Shown: piece after piece, positions 60,517-64,000 of the stretch
Layout of the letters: each line of letters begins with the position of its first letter
How positions within the stretch are numbered: position 1 is the first letter of the stretch
Assembly (NCBI GenBank): GCA_965248265.1
Contig: CBDFJF010000002.1
Location: 1,856,001 to 1,920,000 of the forward strand
DNA: 64,000 nucleotides
Direction: 5' to 3'
Source: Candidatus Latescibacterota bacterium
GTDB taxonomy: Bacteria; Latescibacterota; UBA2968; UBA8231
Notes under the pieces: generated by a model
Told to the model about the DNA's origin: nothing
The model's database searches: none
What the model saw: only the letters and a program-made list of their open reading frames with translations
Made by a program: the position numbers and the translations under genes

Positions 60517-63228
60517 ATGATGACCGGTCACGCAGTTCGGGTCGCGGTGCGTGCGTCGCGGCCGCTGGCCATCGGTGGCGCCGTCGTCCTGGTACTGGCG
60601 CTGGCCTTCACGCAGGCCGATGCGCAGGGATTCGAGCACGAGCGACTGATGGGCACCCGGAGAGCCGGCGAGCTCACGTTCGAACCGACGGGCCCTGGCG
60701 TCCTGTTCAGCGCTCTGGACCCCGCGGTCAAGAAGTGGTATGTCCCCCAGGAGCTGTTTCACGAGTATCGGTGGAAGCAGTGGGAGCACAGCAACTACGC
60801 GAGGGATCGCTACCAGCGCTATGTAGGCACCAATCTCCAGGGGGACTACTTCTACGACATCTACGGTTCGTACATAACCAGAGGATGGCTGGTCTACGAC
60901 TGGAGCCAGACCCAGCCCGAGCAGGGGGGAAGCAACCTGTTCAAGACCGACAAGTTCAGTGGCTGGTTCAACAATCTGGTCGTGGCCTCCGACCACAAGG
61001 GACAGCACCATCTGGCTGTCACCGTGGGCGACGAGATCCGGTCGACCCTGACCCCGATGACCTTCTCCAAGCCGGCGTTCGACGGCATCCAGATCGACTA
61101 TCAGTCCAACAAGTACGAATTGACGGCGCTTCTCTCTCGCATCAGCTCGCCGGGTATCGCCGCCTCAGCGCGAAGCACCATCAACCAACAGACGAGCTCG
61201 ACGACCCTTACCGGCGGGCGCGCGACCGCCCAGGTTGGAGACTATCTCAAACTCGGCGCCAACTACGTGAACGCCCACAACTCCTCTCAGCTCCTCGATG
61301 CCTTCGAGGGCAGCCCGCGAAGCGGGTCGATCGTCTCCAGTCAGAATTCGGACAACGTCACCCGGGTCTTCGTGCGACTCTCGGACGACTCGCCCGGGGA
61401 CGGCGAAGGTGGCGCCACCCTGTTCGCCTGGGACCTGATCATAGAGGCCGACATCGAGAGGATCGACGAAGAGGGGAATGTGAGTTTCGAGAGAGAGAGT
61501 GTCCGGGCCAGCGAAGTCGGGCTGATCCCCGCGCCCCAGGGCGGCTTTCAGAGGCTCGGGTTCTGGGAGGCCAGCGGCTCCGAGCAGATCGAGCTGGTCT
61601 ACGACTTCTCGGTGGGGACGTACACCGGCCCGGATCCGTCAGAGATAAGAAGGGTGACCATCGAGCTGGTGGTGGCCAATGACTACATGATCGAGACGAC
61701 TTCGGACCGCCAGTTCGACAGGAATTTGGCCAGCGTCTACTTGCTGGCTGCCAGGGCCGATGGAAACGTCAAGGATGGCTCCAACCTGACCGTTCTCAAG
61801 ATCCCGTATGGTCTGCCGACGGCGACCGAGATATTTGGGTTTACGCTGGAGGCGACCCGCCTCTTGGGATTCGACCTCTACGGAGAATGGGACCGCAGCG
61901 TCAGTTACAGGAAGCACCCCAACAGGGCGCACACCAAGCACCTGGGGGGCTCCGACGAAGGCGACGGCTGGATGGTGAATCTGTCGAGAATCGCCCATCC
62001 TTTCTTCCTCTTCGGCGAAGCCTATAGCATGGCCGCCAACTACAACACTTCCGTTATAATGGCCAGGGGCGAAACCAACATAGACTACGCGGACAAGAAC
62101 AGGTTTTTCTACGAGCTCGTCGACGACAACGACGATCAGGACAGGTTCCCCGACTGGCAGAGGTTATTCCAAAGCATAGACATCGCGGTGTTCCCCGGGT
62201 ACGACGAAAACCTCGACTACATATCCGATTTCAACCAGAACGACAGCGTGGATCTTCCCAATCGCGTCCCGGACTACGACGAGCCTTTTCTGCGATACGG
62301 AACAGACAGGCCGGATTACCTGTTCGGCATTGACATGAACAACAACCTCTGGGTGGATCGGTTCGAAAACGACGATGAACCGGATTTCCCCTACCCCAGG
62401 GACCACGAGGGATACAACATCTACGGCGGTGTCAACGTGCTTCCCGGCATCAGGCTCACCGTCGGACGAACGGATGAGAAATTGATCGCCGGCGAGGGGG
62501 AAAACAAGACCCACTACATGCTCTTCGTCCTGGAACAGGACTACCCGGGTCTCGGAAGGCTGAAGATCTTCGAGAACATGAGAATCGCCAAGGACACCAT
62601 ACCGAACGGTCTTCGCCAGTGGAGCGAGCTCGAGCGGCGGAACCTTCCAACCGGCGATCCCCTGGCGGCAAAGGACACGTGGATAAACTCCACGTTCATG
62701 AGCTTCAAGTACACGGCGATCGAGGATGTGAACTTCGTGAGTAAACTCAAATATGATCGCTGGCACCAGCGCACAGACCAGGCCGATCTGCGGGAGAACT
62801 TCACCTTCTTCGGTCTCATCAACAAGGTGGACCTCGAGCACAAGATCGCCCATGTCGATCTTATGCCGAGAATAAAGAACGAGCTCAGGCTCGAGTCTCC
62901 GCCGGGCAAATTCGATGCCAAGCGCAGGGAAGACACGGTGCAGCTCTCCCTGCTGGCGCGATGGCCGGTGCTCGCCTCCTCCTCCGTCCAGGCCGGCGTC
63001 GAGTACTCGATCTTCAACCAGCTGCGCAAATCCGAGACCGCGATCAGGGAGGGACTGCTCGACGATTTCACCGAGATCGTCACAGCGCTCCAGTTCTCGA
63101 ACGTCACCGACTACCTGGGTTACCGCCTGGCGACGAAGATGGGTATGAGATTTACCAGAAGATCGATAGATGACGAGACCGAGACGGGCAGAGTGGCCTT
63201 TGCCACGATGTATGCCGGTCTGGAATAA
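60517..63228 (+). CDS. Large exported protein, probably an outer-membrane beta-barrel with acidic Ca-binding-like loops
   Basis: GAGGAGG SD; signal peptide; alternating amphipathic strands; VDDNDDQD and DMNNN..DRFEND loops; terminal strand FATMYAGLE. Confidence 0.6.
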   Translation: MMTGHAVRVAVRASRPLAIGGAVVLVLALAFTQADAQGFEHERLMGTRRAGELTFEPTGPGVLFSALDPAVKKWYVPQELFHEYRWKQWEHSNYARDRYQRYVGTNLQGDYFYDIYGSYITRGWLVYDWSQTQPEQGGSNLFKTDKFSGWFNNLVVASDHKGQHHLAVTVGDEIRSTLTPMTFSKPAFDGIQIDYQSNKYELTALLSRISSPGIAASARSTINQQTSSTTLTGGRATAQVGDYLKLGANYVNAHNSSQLLDAFEGSPRSGSIVSSQNSDNVTRVFVRLSDDSPGDGEGGATLFAWDLIIEADIERIDEEGNVSFERESVRASEVGLIPAPQGGFQRLGFWEASGSEQIELVYDFSVGTYTGPDPSEIRRVTIELVVANDYMIETTSDRQFDRNLASVYLLAARADGNVKDGSNLTVLKIPYGLPTATEIFGFTLEATRLLGFDLYGEWDRSVSYRKHPNRAHTKHLGGSDEGDGWMVNLSRIAHPFFLFGEAYSMAANYNTSVIMARGETNIDYADKNRFFYELVDDNDDQDRFPDWQRLFQSIDIAVFPGYDENLDYISDFNQNDSVDLPNRVPDYDEPFLRYGTDRPDYLFGIDMNNNLWVDRFENDDEPDFPYPRDHEGYNIYGGVNVLPGIRLTVGRTDEKLIAGEGENKTHYMLFVLEQDYPGLGRLKIFENMRIAKDTIPNGLRQWSELERRNLPTGDPLAAKDTWINSTFMSFKYTAIEDVNFVSKLKYDRWHQRTDQADLRENFTFFGLINKVDLEHKIAHVDLMPRIKNELRLESPPGKFDAKRREDTVQLSLLARWPVLASSSVQAGVEYSIFNQLRKSETAIREGLLDDFTEIVTALQFSNVTDYLGYRLATKMGMRFTRRSIDDETETGRVAFATMYAGLE

Positions 63229-63247
63229 GGGGAGTACGAACGGGACA

Positions 63248-64000
63248 ATGACGAGCTTGAATCTCTCTCTCTCCTGCGGAAGGCCAGGCGGCTCATTACT
63301 GGCTCTGCTGGTGGTTTGCGCGGGCTGCGCGCTCGAGGATGATTCGATCGCCCGAGTCGGCGACCGGGCGATCACGGCTCAGGATGTGCGGGCCTTCATC
63401 GACAAACTGCCCGCAGACGCCAGTGGCGAAGAGGCCGGAAAGGAGCAGCTGAGAGACCATCTGCAGACCATCATCGACTTTGAGCTGATGCTGATGGAAG
63501 CCCGAAGGCAGGGCATCGACAGGAGTTCCGCCTACCTGACCAGGATGGACCAGATCAGGAAGGCGAAGCTCGTCGGCGGGTACGAGGGAAAGTTTATCGA
63601 CACAACGCCACGAGAGGGCGAAGTAGAGGAGTACATAGAGCGGGAGAACCTCACGCGCGCCATCAAACTGGCCGACATCCTGGTGGCCGACCTCGAGACG
63701 GCTGAGCAGGCTGTGAGGGAGATCGAGTCAGGGGCGAGTTTCGCCGACGTCGCCAGGAAGCTGTCGCTGAACAAGCGGACGGCTGCCCGGGGCGGGGACT
63801 CGGGCCGTTTCGGGACCAGGGACCAGATGCTTCCCTTCGTCCCTGAGGAGCTGTTCGGACTCGAGGTAGGCTCGGTGTCAGATCCGGTGCGAATGGGGAA
63901 ACACTACGCCGTCTTCAAGATCCTCGATGACACGACGGCTCAGCTCAATCGGGGGCAGTTGAGGAAGATCGCCGAAGACCTTCAGAGAGAGAAATACAGA
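63248..64000 (+). CDS. Parvulin/PpiC (SurA/PrsA-like) peptidyl-prolyl isomerase lipoprotein, partial
   Basis: Lipobox-like VCAG-C; IARVGDRAIT; DILV...GASFADVARKLS...AARGGDSG...VGSVSDPV; open at the window end. Confidence 0.82.
   Translation, partial: MTSLNLSLSCGRPGGSLLALLVVCAGCALEDDSIARVGDRAITAQDVRAFIDKLPADASGEEAGKEQLRDHLQTIIDFELMLMEARRQGIDRSSAYLTRMDQIRKAKLVGGYEGKFIDTTPREGEVEEYIERENLTRAIKLADILVADLETAEQAVREIESGASFADVARKLSLNKRTAARGGDSGRFGTRDQMLPFVPEELFGLEVGSVSDPVRMGKHYAVFKILDDTTAQLNRGQLRKIAEDLQREKYR

Noticed and set aside
62330-62350. AACAACAAC as a DGR template repeat
   Set aside because: It encodes DMNNN inside a CDS and has no similarity to the variable-region scaffold.

Overview
GC-rich bacterial window. 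The gene families (PhyH dioxygenases, DUF6785/6784 membrane proteins, FlgD-Ig proteins, a TAVE..SW..IK C-terminus) resemble Latescibacterota/Poribacteria-type heterotrophs; this taxonomy is inferred, not tested. About 1-46 kb is a duplicated, decaying catabolic region: five GH32/43-like beta-propeller genes, three BNR/sialidase-like genes, three DUF4091 proteins, a 1.4k-aa lyase-like protein, an arylsulfatase, PhyH genes, two DUF6785 membrane proteins (one split by IS481), two PLP enzymes and a mazEF pair. Mobile DNA includes IS481, a frameshifted IS110/IS1111, IS91/ISCR fragments with four oriIS-like ends, a 245-bp module present twice, a lone attC-like site and a MITE. About 46-54 kb holds a TonB receptor, an FGE/C-lectin lipoprotein whose 3' end looks like a DGR variable region, and a heptaheme cytochrome plus ASPIC/UnbV gene pair. 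About 55-64 kb is an intact envelope cluster: a repeat-containing leader, a secreted protein ending TAVE..SW..IK, two FlgD-Ig proteins, a large exported protein and a parvulin lipoprotein. This cluster is my best candidate for an undescribed export/assembly system. No rRNA, tRNA or CRISPR array was seen. Family names come from motif recognition, not database searches.
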